DNA of 31,492 nt, taken from positions 1 through 31,492 of IMG/VR virus record IMGVR_UViG_3300014309_000087; one strand, written 5' to 3'. Each line of letters starts with the position of its first letter. The first letter of the stretch is position 1. Shown in pieces: positions 7,783 to 15,540 of this stretch. Under the pieces are notes generated by a model. That model was given only the letters and a program-made list of their open reading frames with translations, was not told the origin of the DNA and searched no databases. A program made the translations under genes and the position numbers. The stretch comes from a virus (lineage: Duplodnaviria; Caudoviricetes).

Positions 7783-8079
7783 ATGAAGGCTGGTCTCGAA
7801 TACGCGATTTCAAATTTAGAACGACGGGCGGCACGCCACAAAAAGATGCTTTCTGGCGATTTCCGCAAGGCTGATAAATATATGAGGCTTAGGCACCATA
7901 CCGAGATGGAGGCGTGCCTAAGTGCTGCTAAGTCACTAAGTAAAAAATTGCGCTCTGTCACTAGGGAGCAGCAGGCCGACAACCAACAACATCCGCAAGC
8001 CAAAATGCCTGCGATACTGCAAGCTGTTCGTGATGTACGTGGCGGTGAAGATCCTAACATATATCGTACCTTTGCGTAG
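7783..8079 (+). CDS. Hypothetical protein (cassette 2)
   Basis: AGGAG SD; 98 aa; C-terminus runs into attC-like site 2. Confidence 0.65.
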   Translation: MKAGLEYAISNLERRAARHKKMLSGDFRKADKYMRLRHHTEMEACLSAAKSLSKKLRSVTREQQADNQQHPQAKMPAILQAVRDVRGGEDPNIYRTFA

Positions 8080-8112
8080 GGGTACTTCGGCTGTGCGTCG
8101 TGACGTTGGTTG
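7980..8112 (+). mobile_element. attC-like site 2
   Basis: CAACCAAC 7980-7987/GTTGGTTG 8105-8112 perfect complement; cgcaagcc 7994-8001/ggctgtgcg 8089-8097 with one bulged base; long variable loop. Confidence 0.55.
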
Positions 8113-8146
8113 CAATTTTGCTTATAAATTTATGGGAATTAATACA

Positions 8147-8395
8147 ATGAATGAACTTTTAGATGCAGAAAAAATACTTTTTCCGAAGGGGGAAGCCTAC
8201 GACAAGATAAAATGGATGGCATGGCAAACTCTAAAGTCATTTATACTTGCTCAACAGAGAACAAACAACGGCAGTACGTCTACTTCGGAAATTTGCCCTC
8301 ATCTATCAATGATACCTATTTATGATGAGAAGCTTCCTGACGAAATATTTTACATTCATGTTTGTCGAACGTCGGGCAAACTTCCGCCTTGCTAA
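8147..8395 (+). CDS. Hypothetical protein (cassette 3)
   Basis: Start reassigned to ATG 8147 downstream of the GTTGGTTG core; C-terminal half is encoded by attC-like site 3. Confidence 0.5.
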   Translation: MNELLDAEKILFPKGEAYDKIKWMAWQTLKSFILAQQRTNNGSTSTSEICPHLSMIPIYDEKLPDEIFYIHVCRTSGKLPPC

Positions 8396-8406
8396 TCCGT
8401 TGTGCG
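8262..8406 (+). mobile_element. attC-like site 3
   Basis: CAAACAAC 8262-8269...GTTGTGCG 8399-8406; cggaaatttgccc 8286-8298/gggcaaacttccg 8374-8386 (12/13 complementary). Confidence 0.55.
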
Positions 8407-8422
8407 AAATAAAAGCGATTTT

Positions 8423-8695
8423 ATGAATAGTAGTTTGACGCGCTCGGAATACGAAACAATGTACTTAGGCAAGTGGGTAGCTCAATGTGCTGTGCATGAT
8501 AATAAAGGTCAGCATTGTCCCGATACTCCGGTTCATTACGTAGAGTATCGTGGTGAAAGGGTGGGTTTGTGCGAAAGGTGCTTTCTCAATTTCCAAAATG
8601 GTGCGTTCGACCATGAGCGCGTCAAAAGGATTAATATTGTAAACAGCGCCGAAGAAGGGGTGTCTCATGAAGGTATATTTAGCGTCGAGATATAG
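8423..8695 (+). CDS. Hypothetical zinc-binding protein
   Basis: C...C...H...CERC; ATG 8423 follows the GTTGTGCG core. Confidence 0.55.
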   Translation: MNSSLTRSEYETMYLGKWVAQCAVHDNKGQHCPDTPVHYVEYRGERVGLCERCFLNFQNGAFDHERVKRINIVNSAEEGVSHEGIFSVEI

Positions 8696-8864
8696 CAGGT
8701 ATCAAGAAATGCAGAGTGTACGGTCCGACCTTGAGCAGAGAGGCCATCACGTGACATCTCGGTGGATCAATGGCGATCATCAGATTAGCGATTCCGGTCT
8801 TTCGAATGCAGATCGAGAGAAAGAGCGTATTCGTTTCGCCCTCGAAGATCTCGAATTTAAGTAG
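8667..8864 (+). pseudogene. Truncated nucleoside 2-deoxyribosyltransferase-like protein
   Basis: MKVYLASRYSR..EM...L...GH.VTSRWI...EDL is the N-terminal half of the phage NDT-like fold; stops before the expected second half with the catalytic E.G motif. Confidence 0.55.
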
Positions 8865-8909
8865 CGTTAGAGGGGCGGCGCTGAACACGGTTTATACCGA
8901 AAGAAAACA

Positions 8910-9122
8910 ATGATAGAATTTTTCAAAGATCTCGGATATGGGATGAAGGCACATTCAGGAAAATTGTGGTATTGTTATTTTACCATTCTTTTCTTTATTG
9001 GTGGACTTATGAATAAAAAGGCGCCCTGGTGGATTGGTCTGACGATGTTGGTAATCGAGATTCCGCTTTTTATGGCGACGTCATATAACATTGGAAAACG
9101 TAATCGAAAGAGGCCAAAATGA
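8910..9122 (+). CDS. Small two-TM membrane protein (holin-like topology)
   Basis: Two hydrophobic segments and basic C-terminus KRNRKRPK; ATGA-coupled to the lipase. Confidence 0.6.
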   Translation: MIEFFKDLGYGMKAHSGKLWYCYFTILFFIGGLMNKKAPWWIGLTMLVIEIPLFMATSYNIGKRNRKRPK

Positions 9123-9901
9123 GGGAAGACATAACTGCCTGGGCGCTCGCCTCGCTTTGTTATGATGAGGAAAATTTCCCGGGGATAATTGAATTATTTT
9201 TCAAGACGTCGCGCTACCGGATGTGGAAAAAAGAAAACGGCAGTCAGTTTTACGGATTTGTAATGATTAATGACGATATATGGATTTTCATCAGGGGTAC
9301 CGATGGAGATAATCTTCTTGGAAAGGCTGAAGCATGGCTTTCGAATTTGAATCTGAAAAAAGGGAACGACGGGCAATTTGATGGTTTTCAGAATGTGGCA
9401 AATGAGGTTTTCGACAATATAAAAAGGTCGTTATATGGCGTCGGAAATATCTATATCGTTGGACATTCGCAGGGAGCTGGCATTGCGCAAAATCTCGTAA
9501 AACTTGTTGCAGAAAACATAGGGTATGCAGACGAACTGGTGTTTTACCTCTATGCGTCTCCACCTGCAGGAAATCAAATTTTTTATGACCGGATAAAAGT
9601 GTTGTCGGAAGCAAAAAAAATCAGGGGATATAACTATTCGACGCCTGGCGATCCGGTTTGTAGTGACAAATTGAGAAGAAAAGACGCGGTAATTTTAGAC
9701 GGATGTGATATCGGTCAGAACATATTGCTCCCCGGGGTGATAACATATTTTTCATCGGTGCCCTTGTGTACAATTCAGCATTCCCCTCAGGTTTATACCA
9801 TCGCAATGATGATAAGGGAAATATCTCTACACGCTCTTGATAAAATTGATCGGAGGGTTTTGATGGATCTTGAGGCCATACGAGTTCGGCTGGTCAATTG
9901 A
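9119..9901 (+). CDS. Class 3 lipase (alpha/beta hydrolase)
   Basis: IFIRGT, W..NL, GF, nucleophile elbow VGHSQGAGIA, ASPPAGN, DPV, late His (QHS). Confidence 0.88.
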   Translation: MREDITAWALASLCYDEENFPGIIELFFKTSRYRMWKKENGSQFYGFVMINDDIWIFIRGTDGDNLLGKAEAWLSNLNLKKGNDGQFDGFQNVANEVFDNIKRSLYGVGNIYIVGHSQGAGIAQNLVKLVAENIGYADELVFYLYASPPAGNQIFYDRIKVLSEAKKIRGYNYSTPGDPVCSDKLRRKDAVILDGCDIGQNILLPGVITYFSSVPLCTIQHSPQVYTIAMMIREISLHALDKIDRRVLMDLEAIRVRLVN

Positions 9902-9902
9902 A

Positions 9903-10103
9903 ATGGGTCTTTTGTTCGACCTTGTGAAGGCTGTTGCTTGCTGGGTATCTTTTTATCTGCTTTTGAGATATTTATATGAAGATAATGGAAAAAAATCATG
10001 TCTCGGATGTCGATGGTATCTCCAGATACAAAGGTACTGTATAAAAAAGAATCGTCATGTTTATGAAGGTAAGGCGCGATGCAGAAAGAGGGAAGAGATT
10101 TGA
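9903..10103 (+). CDS. Small membrane-anchored Cys-rich protein
   Basis: ATG 9903; N-terminal TM then CLGC...C...C. Confidence 0.55.
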   Translation: MGLLFDLVKAVACWVSFYLLLRYLYEDNGKKSCLGCRWYLQIQRYCIKKNRHVYEGKARCRKREEI

Positions 10104-10147
10104 ATTTTGCAATAATTGGAGCAGCGGGGTATATAAATGAATGGTGA
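10100..10147 (+). pseudogene. 15-codon remnant of a WbpB-like Gfo/Idh/MocA dehydrogenase
   Basis: TTG AAT TTT GCA ATA ATT GGA GCA GCG GGG TAT ATA = (M)NFAIIGAAGYI, matching the WbpB N-terminal Rossmann strand (NFALIGAAGYIA), with SD, directly before wbpD/wbpE-like genes. Confidence 0.6.
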
Positions 10148-10736
10148 GGATCATTTTTTTACGGCGATAATAAGCGAAAGTAGCCATATTCACCCGACAG
10201 TGAAAATACGGCCATTTTGTAATGTAATGGTTGGCGCCGAAATTGGAAGAATGACAAAAATCGGACAGAATTGTGTCATTCACCTGGGCGTTAAAATCGG
10301 TAATAATGTAAAAATTCAGAATAATGTTTCGGTGTATACCGGCGTCGAAATAGAGGACGATGTTTTTGTCGGCCCGGACGTATGCTTTACAAATGTAAAA
10401 GCGCCGCGATCGATGAAGGTGAAAAAAGCGGAATTTCTGAAAACACTGGTAAAAAAAGGGGCCAGCATCGGGGGGAATGCTACAATAGTATGTGGGGTGA
10501 CGATTGGGGCCTATGCCATGGTTGGCGCCGGCGCCGTGGTAACAAAAGATGTTAATGATTTTGCCTGTGTGGCGGGGAATCCGGCAAGATTGATGTATTG
10601 GGTTGACGTAGAAGGGGAGAAGTTGCCTTTCAGAAAAGGATTTTTCAGGCGGAAAAATGAACGTGTAAAAGGATCTGATGGTCGATTATACGATAAGATC
10701 GTAGTCAAAAAGAAAACGATTGTAAAATATTTTTAA
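10137..10736 (+). CDS. Hexapeptide-repeat sugar N-acetyltransferase, WbpD/WlbB-like
   Basis: IGQNC..GVKIGNNVKIQNNVSVYTGVEIEDDVFVGP..FTNV..PRS; TLVKKGASIGGNATIVCGVTIG.YAMVGAGAVVTKDV; GNPAR. Confidence 0.9.
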   Translation: MNGEDHFFTAIISESSHIHPTVKIRPFCNVMVGAEIGRMTKIGQNCVIHLGVKIGNNVKIQNNVSVYTGVEIEDDVFVGPDVCFTNVKAPRSMKVKKAEFLKTLVKKGASIGGNATIVCGVTIGAYAMVGAGAVVTKDVNDFACVAGNPARLMYWVDVEGEKLPFRKGFFRRKNERVKGSDGRLYDKIVVKKKTIVKYF

Positions 10737-10765
10737 AGAATTCCTCAACATGGAGTTGATCTATC

Positions 10766-11881
10766 ATGAATATGCTTGAAGGAGAAAACAGACATTTCTA
10801 CAAGGAAATAGAAAAAAAAATACGGGAAATACAAGAGGGAGGGAAGTTTATCCTTGGAAATGAAAATCATCTTTTTGAAAATGAACTCGAAGCATACCTG
10901 ATGGATTACGGAGAAATTCTGCCTCCGGGGGGATGTAATGTGGTAACCTGTGCCAGCGGCACGGATGCGCTGCGGTTGGTTTTCAGGGCAATGAATTTGC
11001 GCCCGGGTGATGAGGTTATCCAGAGCGTTTTTAACTTTATAGCTGCGGCGGAGATGACCGCAGAATGCGGGGGAACGCCTGTATTTGTCGACATAAAACG
11101 GGATGATTGTAATATCAATCCGGATTTGATAGAGGAAAAAATAACGAAAAATACCAGGGCGATAATTGCCACAAACCTTTTTGGGGTTCCCGCTGACTAT
11201 ACCATACTGAGCGACATTGCTGAAAAATATAAATTGATTCTGATCGAGGATGCAGCGCAGTCATTTGGTGCGACCTATGGCGGAAGAAAAGCGGGAACGC
11301 TCGGCGATGTTTCGGTTCTCAGTTTTTACCCGACAAAAATACTTGGCTGCTGGGGTGATGGCGGTGCGGTAGTGACAAAAGACGCCGCAATAAAAAATTA
11401 TTTGAAAATGATTCGAAATCATGGACAGGGCGAACGATATGAACATGATGTAATCGGCATGAATTCGCGGCTCGACGAGATCCAGGCAGGGATATTACGA
11501 TTGAAACTGGAGAGTATTGGCGAGCTGCTGACGGGTCGTAAAAAAATTGCGGAAAGATACAGGGAAAATCTTTCCCATAAAAAGATGATTTTTGTAAATG
11601 ATAATGAGTATGGATGCAGATCGGCGGCGCATGCAAATTTTACCGTACTATTAAAAGATGACGAAACAAGAGCAGGGGTAATAAGGAGCCTGGCGGATAG
11701 GGAACTTTTTGCGACGGTACATTATCCGTTGCCGATAAATTACCAGAAGGCTTTTTTGACTAATGAACTGTTTCCTGTTGCCGACGAATATTGCGAACGG
11801 ATACTATCGCTTCCGGTGACCCCTTTCATGGCCGGGAATACTGTTGATGACATTTGTGAAATAGTCAATTTTAACGCATAG
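10766..11881 (+). CDS. DegT/DnrJ/EryC1/StrS PLP sugar aminotransferase, WbpE-like
   Basis: SGTDAL, IEDAAQSFGA, SFYPTKILGCWGDGGA (PLP lysine), GMNSRLDEIQA, VHYP.P, LSLP. Confidence 0.94.
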   Translation: MNMLEGENRHFYKEIEKKIREIQEGGKFILGNENHLFENELEAYLMDYGEILPPGGCNVVTCASGTDALRLVFRAMNLRPGDEVIQSVFNFIAAAEMTAECGGTPVFVDIKRDDCNINPDLIEEKITKNTRAIIATNLFGVPADYTILSDIAEKYKLILIEDAAQSFGATYGGRKAGTLGDVSVLSFYPTKILGCWGDGGAVVTKDAAIKNYLKMIRNHGQGERYEHDVIGMNSRLDEIQAGILRLKLESIGELLTGRKKIAERYRENLSHKKMIFVNDNEYGCRSAAHANFTVLLKDDETRAGVIRSLADRELFATVHYPLPINYQKAFLTNELFPVADEYCERILSLPVTPFMAGNTVDDICEIVNFNA

Positions 11882-11967
11882 ATTGCCGGTTTGTTTACAA
11901 AGGATAAAGCGTAAAGGCGGGGAGGAGGTGGTAGAACGTATGAAGTAAGCCAGGTCAGTAAGAAAGC

Positions 11968-11991
11968 AGGGGCGGATCGCGCCCCTTTTTT
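11968..11991 (+). terminator. Intrinsic terminator between convergent blocks
   Basis: aggggcg-gatcg-cgcccct stem-loop followed by a T run. Confidence 0.7.
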
Positions 11992-12274
11992 AATGGTTTT
12001 TTCTCACTATCATTTCGAGACTGTCGTTGACATGCTGAATTCTGCGAACCATTTTACCATAGGTTCGAAGTGTGTTTTCCTGAACTAGAATCTTGTCTTG
12101 CAGAATCCGGATAGAATCACCAGTGATAGTGATGCTGTCTGCCGCATGATAGAGCTCTCCGCGAACAGAAAAGGCGAAAAAAAACACCAGTGCCAAAGTT
12201 GCCCGGATAATGATTGCTGCCATAGTTTTGAAATGAATTTTCAACTTTTTATGGTCGTCATTGATTTTTTCCAT
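11990..12274 (-). CDS. Membrane-anchored or secreted protein with coiled coil
   Basis: Start reassigned to ATG 12274 (GAAAGG SD); hydrophobic AAIIIRATLALVFFFAFSV followed by a heptad-rich segment. Confidence 0.6.
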   Translation of the reverse strand: MEKINDDHKKLKIHFKTMAAIIIRATLALVFFFAFSVRGELYHAADSITITGDSIRILQDKILVQENTLRTYGKMVRRIQHVNDSLEMIVRKNH

Positions 12275-12287
12275 TTTGTAAACCTTT

Positions 12288-12632
12288 CTAGTTTTTTGAT
12301 CTGCATCCTTTGATTGAAAGCGCGAGTGCTTCCCCGGAAACGAAGGGGAGTTTTGAAAAAAAAGTGGCGGCTGATGTAGGGAAATCAGGTTTCTTTTTTT
12401 CCGCCAATGATTCCTCAAGGCATTTTTCGCATCCGGGCATCAGGGTAAATGGACGGCTGATTGCCCAGGGGATCGGCATTAACACTTTACCGCATCCAGG
12501 GCATTCTTCGCCGTGGGAATAAAGGCTGATTTCCGCCAAAGAAAATAACCGTCGGCAGTGAGAACACATCCACGCATTTTTTAACCACGGGAGAATTCCG
12601 TGTTTTTTACACTTTGTTCTAATTTTACACAT
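12288..12632 (-). CDS. Zinc-ribbon protein
   Basis: Start ATG 12632 after GGGGA; CKKHG, CSHC, CPGC, CEKC. Confidence 0.65.
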   Translation of the reverse strand: MCKIRTKCKKHGILPWLKNAWMCSHCRRLFSLAEISLYSHGEECPGCGKVLMPIPWAISRPFTLMPGCEKCLEESLAEKKKPDFPTSAATFFSKLPFVSGEALALSIKGCRSKN

Positions 12633-12939
12633 TATTTTCCCCGCTTTTGGGTTGATGGTTATTTGGAGTGAGGTGGGAATTACCACCATATTTTTTGACG
12701 GTTGAATTCATGGACTTTTTTGAAAAAAGATTTGTTTGACCCGGAAGGATATCGTTGAGCGATCGCGATTGATTATTCTCGTTGTGGATCGCTGCGAGGG
12801 TGACTGATCTGATATACGTAGCAACCGGGATTGTACCGGCTGCGCCGACAACCTGTTCCCACTCTGCGAGCGAGAATGTTACGCTGGTTCTTTTTTTCCC
12901 TTCATCAAAATTCGTTTGCTGCATTTTCCAACGTTGCAT
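12625..12939 (-). CDS. Ribbon-helix-helix-like DNA-binding protein
   Basis: RTSVTFSLAEWEQVVGAAG..PVATYIRSVTL resembles MobC/Arc-type RHH; ATG 12939 with GAAAGG SD. Confidence 0.6.
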   Translation of the reverse strand: MQRWKMQQTNFDEGKKRTSVTFSLAEWEQVVGAAGTIPVATYIRSVTLAAIHNENNQSRSLNDILPGQTNLFSKKSMNSTVKKYGGNSHLTPNNHQPKSGENNV

Positions 12940-12940
12940 T

Positions 12941-13294
12941 TTAAAACCTTTCTGGTGAGATATTTGCATTCTGCCATCGTTTGAGTTTTTCGTGACGCCA
13001 TTTGAAATACGCTTCTTTCGTGACGATGCGGGTTAATCCATTTCCCAGGTACTCTTTTGATACCATGCTGGGGGTGATGTCGTAATCTTTCCCGGTGCGT
13101 TTGTTGGTAACGGTGATATAATACCCGAATGACGGAAAAAATGTTATTTCCGACACTATGCCAAAATGTTCCTGATTGCAGGTATCGCCACGGTTATATA
13201 GTTCTGTGCCGACGTCGATTTTAATGCCATTGAACTCAAGCGACACAATCGTTTTACCGGTTTGACAAACATTGATAGTGATATTGTTTCCCAA
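12941..13294 (-). CDS. Hypothetical protein
   Basis: TTG start with AGGAGG SD; 117 aa, beta-rich. Confidence 0.65.
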   Translation of the reverse strand: MGNNITINVCQTGKTIVSLEFNGIKIDVGTELYNRGDTCNQEHFGIVSEITFFPSFGYYITVTNKRTGKDYDITPSMVSKEYLGNGLTRIVTKEAYFKWRHEKLKRWQNANISPERF

Positions 13295-13577
13295 GACGTC
13301 CTCCTTTCCTGTTTTTTATTGCGTAGCGGGGGATAAAAGAATTATCAAGATTGCCGGTGAGATGATTTAGATTTTTATTGATTCCGGCGACGTCATGAAC
13401 AAAATCGAATTCGCGCGCTGCGTATAACCCTTCCAGATCGACCGGGCAGGCGATGTGCCCGGCAGAAACGGACATTGCCCAGTCAAACATGTCTCCGCCC
13501 AGGATTTTCGCTGCGCGGACTGCGATCTTGTTGATTATCGGGAAATCCTTTTTTTCTGCCTTTGACCAGTCTACCAT
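13254..13577 (-). CDS. Conserved phage protein (resembles DUF6874)
   Basis: KIA.RA...M...A.H..CP.DL..L..A..FDFVHDV.GI..NL...TG.L...FIPRY pattern. Confidence 0.7.
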   Translation of the reverse strand: MVDWSKAEKKDFPIINKIAVRAAKILGGDMFDWAMSVSAGHIACPVDLEGLYAAREFDFVHDVAGINKNLNHLTGNLDNSFIPRYAIKNRKGGRLGKQYHYQCLSNR

Positions 13578-13799
13578 GTTTTTTCCTTTCTCCCGCGTCG
13601 GCGGATTGTTGTTATTATTTGTAAAGTAATTATAAATCCCACCCTGCCGGCGGGTTGTTGGTTTATTTTGCCGAAAACGGATTTTTTCTGACTTCCTTTT
13701 TTTGGTCTTTTGTCAACGAATCCCACTTGCAATAAAAAACTCCGTCTGCATCGTATACATTATCATACTGATCAACGCGAAAATTGCTTGTTACTGTAC

Positions 13800-14072
13800 T
13801 CATTTTATTCTCCTCTTCCGCTGCGCGGGTGTTTTGGTTCGTATCTTTTCAACCATTACAAACATTTGTAAATTATCTTTTCCCTGGTATTTATATTTCA
13901 CCCACTCTACGCCTCTGGTTTTTGCATCGTACCTTACTACATATGCGTTACAAAAGCGGGTTCCGTGAACCCCGAAAAGCGGACGACTATTATAGTTTTC
14001 GAAGGCTTCTATTGCTGTTTTCCCTTTGGAAACAGCAATCATCCCTTTCCATTTTATCATATACCTGTTCAT
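13800..14072 (-). CDS. Hypothetical basic protein
   Basis: Start reassigned to ATG 14072 behind GGAGGAGAGAATC leader. Confidence 0.65.
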   Translation of the reverse strand: MNRYMIKWKGMIAVSKGKTAIEAFENYNSRPLFGVHGTRFCNAYVVRYDAKTRGVEWVKYKYQGKDNLQMFVMVEKIRTKTPAQRKRRIK

Positions 14073-14098
14073 GATTCTCTCCTCCACCGCGCAGGACG

Positions 14099-14344
14099 CT
14101 ATTGATTGTGCTCCTCCGAGTATTTTTTAATAAAATTACAGATTTCATCATCAGTCATCGTCAGATAGCTACCAGTCATAGCAGTTTTTATGTCGGACTC
14201 AGAAACATTACAATTTTCACACATATTTGAAAAAACCATTGCTTTGTGCTCGTTAACAGAAACGCAATAGCTCGTTTGGGGATCGCGTTGCGAGTCGCAT
14301 TTTCCGTCTAACACACATCTCTGACATCTTGTTTGCAAATACAT
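14099..14344 (-). CDS. Small Cys-rich hypothetical protein
   Basis: GGAGGAGAGAAAA-ATG; CQRC, CENC. Confidence 0.65.
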   Translation of the reverse strand: MYLQTRCQRCVLDGKCDSQRDPQTSYCVSVNEHKAMVFSNMCENCNVSESDIKTAMTGSYLTMTDDEICNFIKKYSEEHNQ

Positions 14345-14387
14345 TTTTCTCTCCTCCCCCGCGTCGCGTGATTTTTGGTTTAAAGCG

Positions 14388-14657
14388 TTAAATGTTGAGA
14401 TCGATGTTATGATTTGATGCCCATATTTTCACGTCTCCGCCACATGAGTTGATGCATTCATCTTCGCGGTCGTTATCTGTGTGCAGGTAATAAATTCCCT
14501 TAGATGTTTTTCTCAGGGATTCCCTGGTGCGGTCGCAACCACAGGCCGGTTCGTCAATTTCTGAAATAACTTCGTCGGTTTCCAAATCGAATTTGATCTT
14601 TTCGCCGCAAAATACTACCTGATTGTAATTTCCGAGTTTTGAATTCCACCTGTACAT
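14388..14657 (-). CDS. Hypothetical protein
   Basis: GGAGGAGAGAAAA-ATG; ESLRKTSKGIYYL motif resembles small phage early proteins. Confidence 0.7.
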   Translation of the reverse strand: MYRWNSKLGNYNQVVFCGEKIKFDLETDEVISEIDEPACGCDRTRESLRKTSKGIYYLHTDNDREDECINSCGGDVKIWASNHNIDLNI

Positions 14658-14707
14658 TTTTCTCTCCTCCCCGCGTCGGCGGGATTGTTGGTTGATGAAC
14701 TTTGATA

Positions 14708-14740
14708 CTTAAAGATACTTTAAGCAACTTAAAGTTGCAA
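14708..14740 (-). promoter_or_regulatory. Sigma70-type promoter overlapped by two palindromic operators
   Basis: Minus strand TTGCAA (14740-14735)-17 bp-TATCTT (14717-14712); inverted repeats CTTAAAG-ATA-CTTTAAG 14708-14724 and GCAACTT-A-AAGTTGC 14724-14738. Confidence 0.7.
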
Positions 14741-14758
14741 GAAAAAAGTGAATTATTT

Positions 14759-15268
14759 TTAAAAAAAAACATGAGGAACCGCTTCTTGAAATATTTGCAT
14801 TTGTAAAGCTGAAACCACGGGAGACCAGAAAACGCCGGCATTTGGAAAAAACGGCAATTGAACCGACCGCCACCCGATGATCGCCCCGTAGACCGGGAGT
14901 GTGGTTTTTGTTGCGCCTGGAAGGTAGACGTATACGGTTTTACCCGCAGCTGCAGCACGGCTTGCCGCCAGCCATGACCCTGACCTGATGATATTTGACG
15001 ACAAGGGAAACGAGATTAAAATATCGCACGTTTGAACGATTGAACAGGTGCGGGCACGGAGCGCCGCAGGAGACCGGGAAGACGCCATGAAAACAGTAGA
15101 TTGACAAGTAATATTTTTTACCGCTGCCCTTGCCGCCTGGTCGAGCCCGGTGGGACAGCAACCAACCGCCCAATGCATTGCCGGCGACCCCGCCTGTATG
15201 ATTTTGTGGACGACGGGATAAATTTTTGAAAACTGATGATACCGCGACCCCGACAACCCTACGACCAT
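14759..15268 (-). CDS. SLOG-superfamily protein (DprA/Smf/YspA-like Rossmann fold)
   Basis: VGLSGSR, VGCCPTGLDQAAR, LRART..IV...D.LISF, SGSWLA...A...GK.VYV. Confidence 0.7.
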   Translation of the reverse strand: MVVGLSGSRYHQFSKIYPVVHKIIQAGSPAMHWAVGCCPTGLDQAARAAVKNITCQSTVFMASSRSPAALRARTCSIVQTCDILISFPLSSNIIRSGSWLAASRAAAAGKTVYVYLPGATKTTLPVYGAIIGWRSVQLPFFPNAGVFWSPVVSALQMQIFQEAVPHVFF

Positions 15269-15336
15269 GCACGCCCCCCTGATTTATTTTTTAAACCGGC
15301 CAGCCCTGCCAGCGCCTGCTTATTAGACAGATTCAG

Positions 15337-15466
15337 GGTAATTTGACCGCATGCGGAGCAATAGGCGCGAAGCGCCCGGAACATTGTTTTTTGGGGGTAC
15401 CATGCTTGCATGGGGGAGCCAAAACAACCATGTGGAGGCTTGCTATTGCCCGAACGGCAAATTGCC
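15337..15466. other. Multibranch hairpin element between divergent blocks
   Basis: Nested arms ggtaatttgaccg 15337-15349/cggcaaattgcc 15455-15466, gcaatag/ctattgc, ttgttttttgg/ccaaaacaa; hairpins ggcgc-gaa-gcgcc 15364-15376 and ccatgc-tt-gcatgg 15400-15413. Confidence 0.65.
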
Positions 15467-15511
15467 TTACATTTATAAAATGCGGGCGCGTTTTGAGTTA
15501 GAAAAAAAGAG

Positions 15512-15540
15512 TTGAAACAATTGAAAAAAGAATGTACATT
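15512..15540 (+). promoter_or_regulatory. Putative promoter of the virion operon
   Basis: TTGAAA-17 bp-TACATT just upstream of the first structural gene. Confidence 0.45.

Noticed and set aside
7377-15268. Integrase, IntI, transposase or ParA in the accessory regions
   Set aside because: No ORF of suitable size shows tyrosine/serine recombinase, DDE or deviant Walker A motifs.
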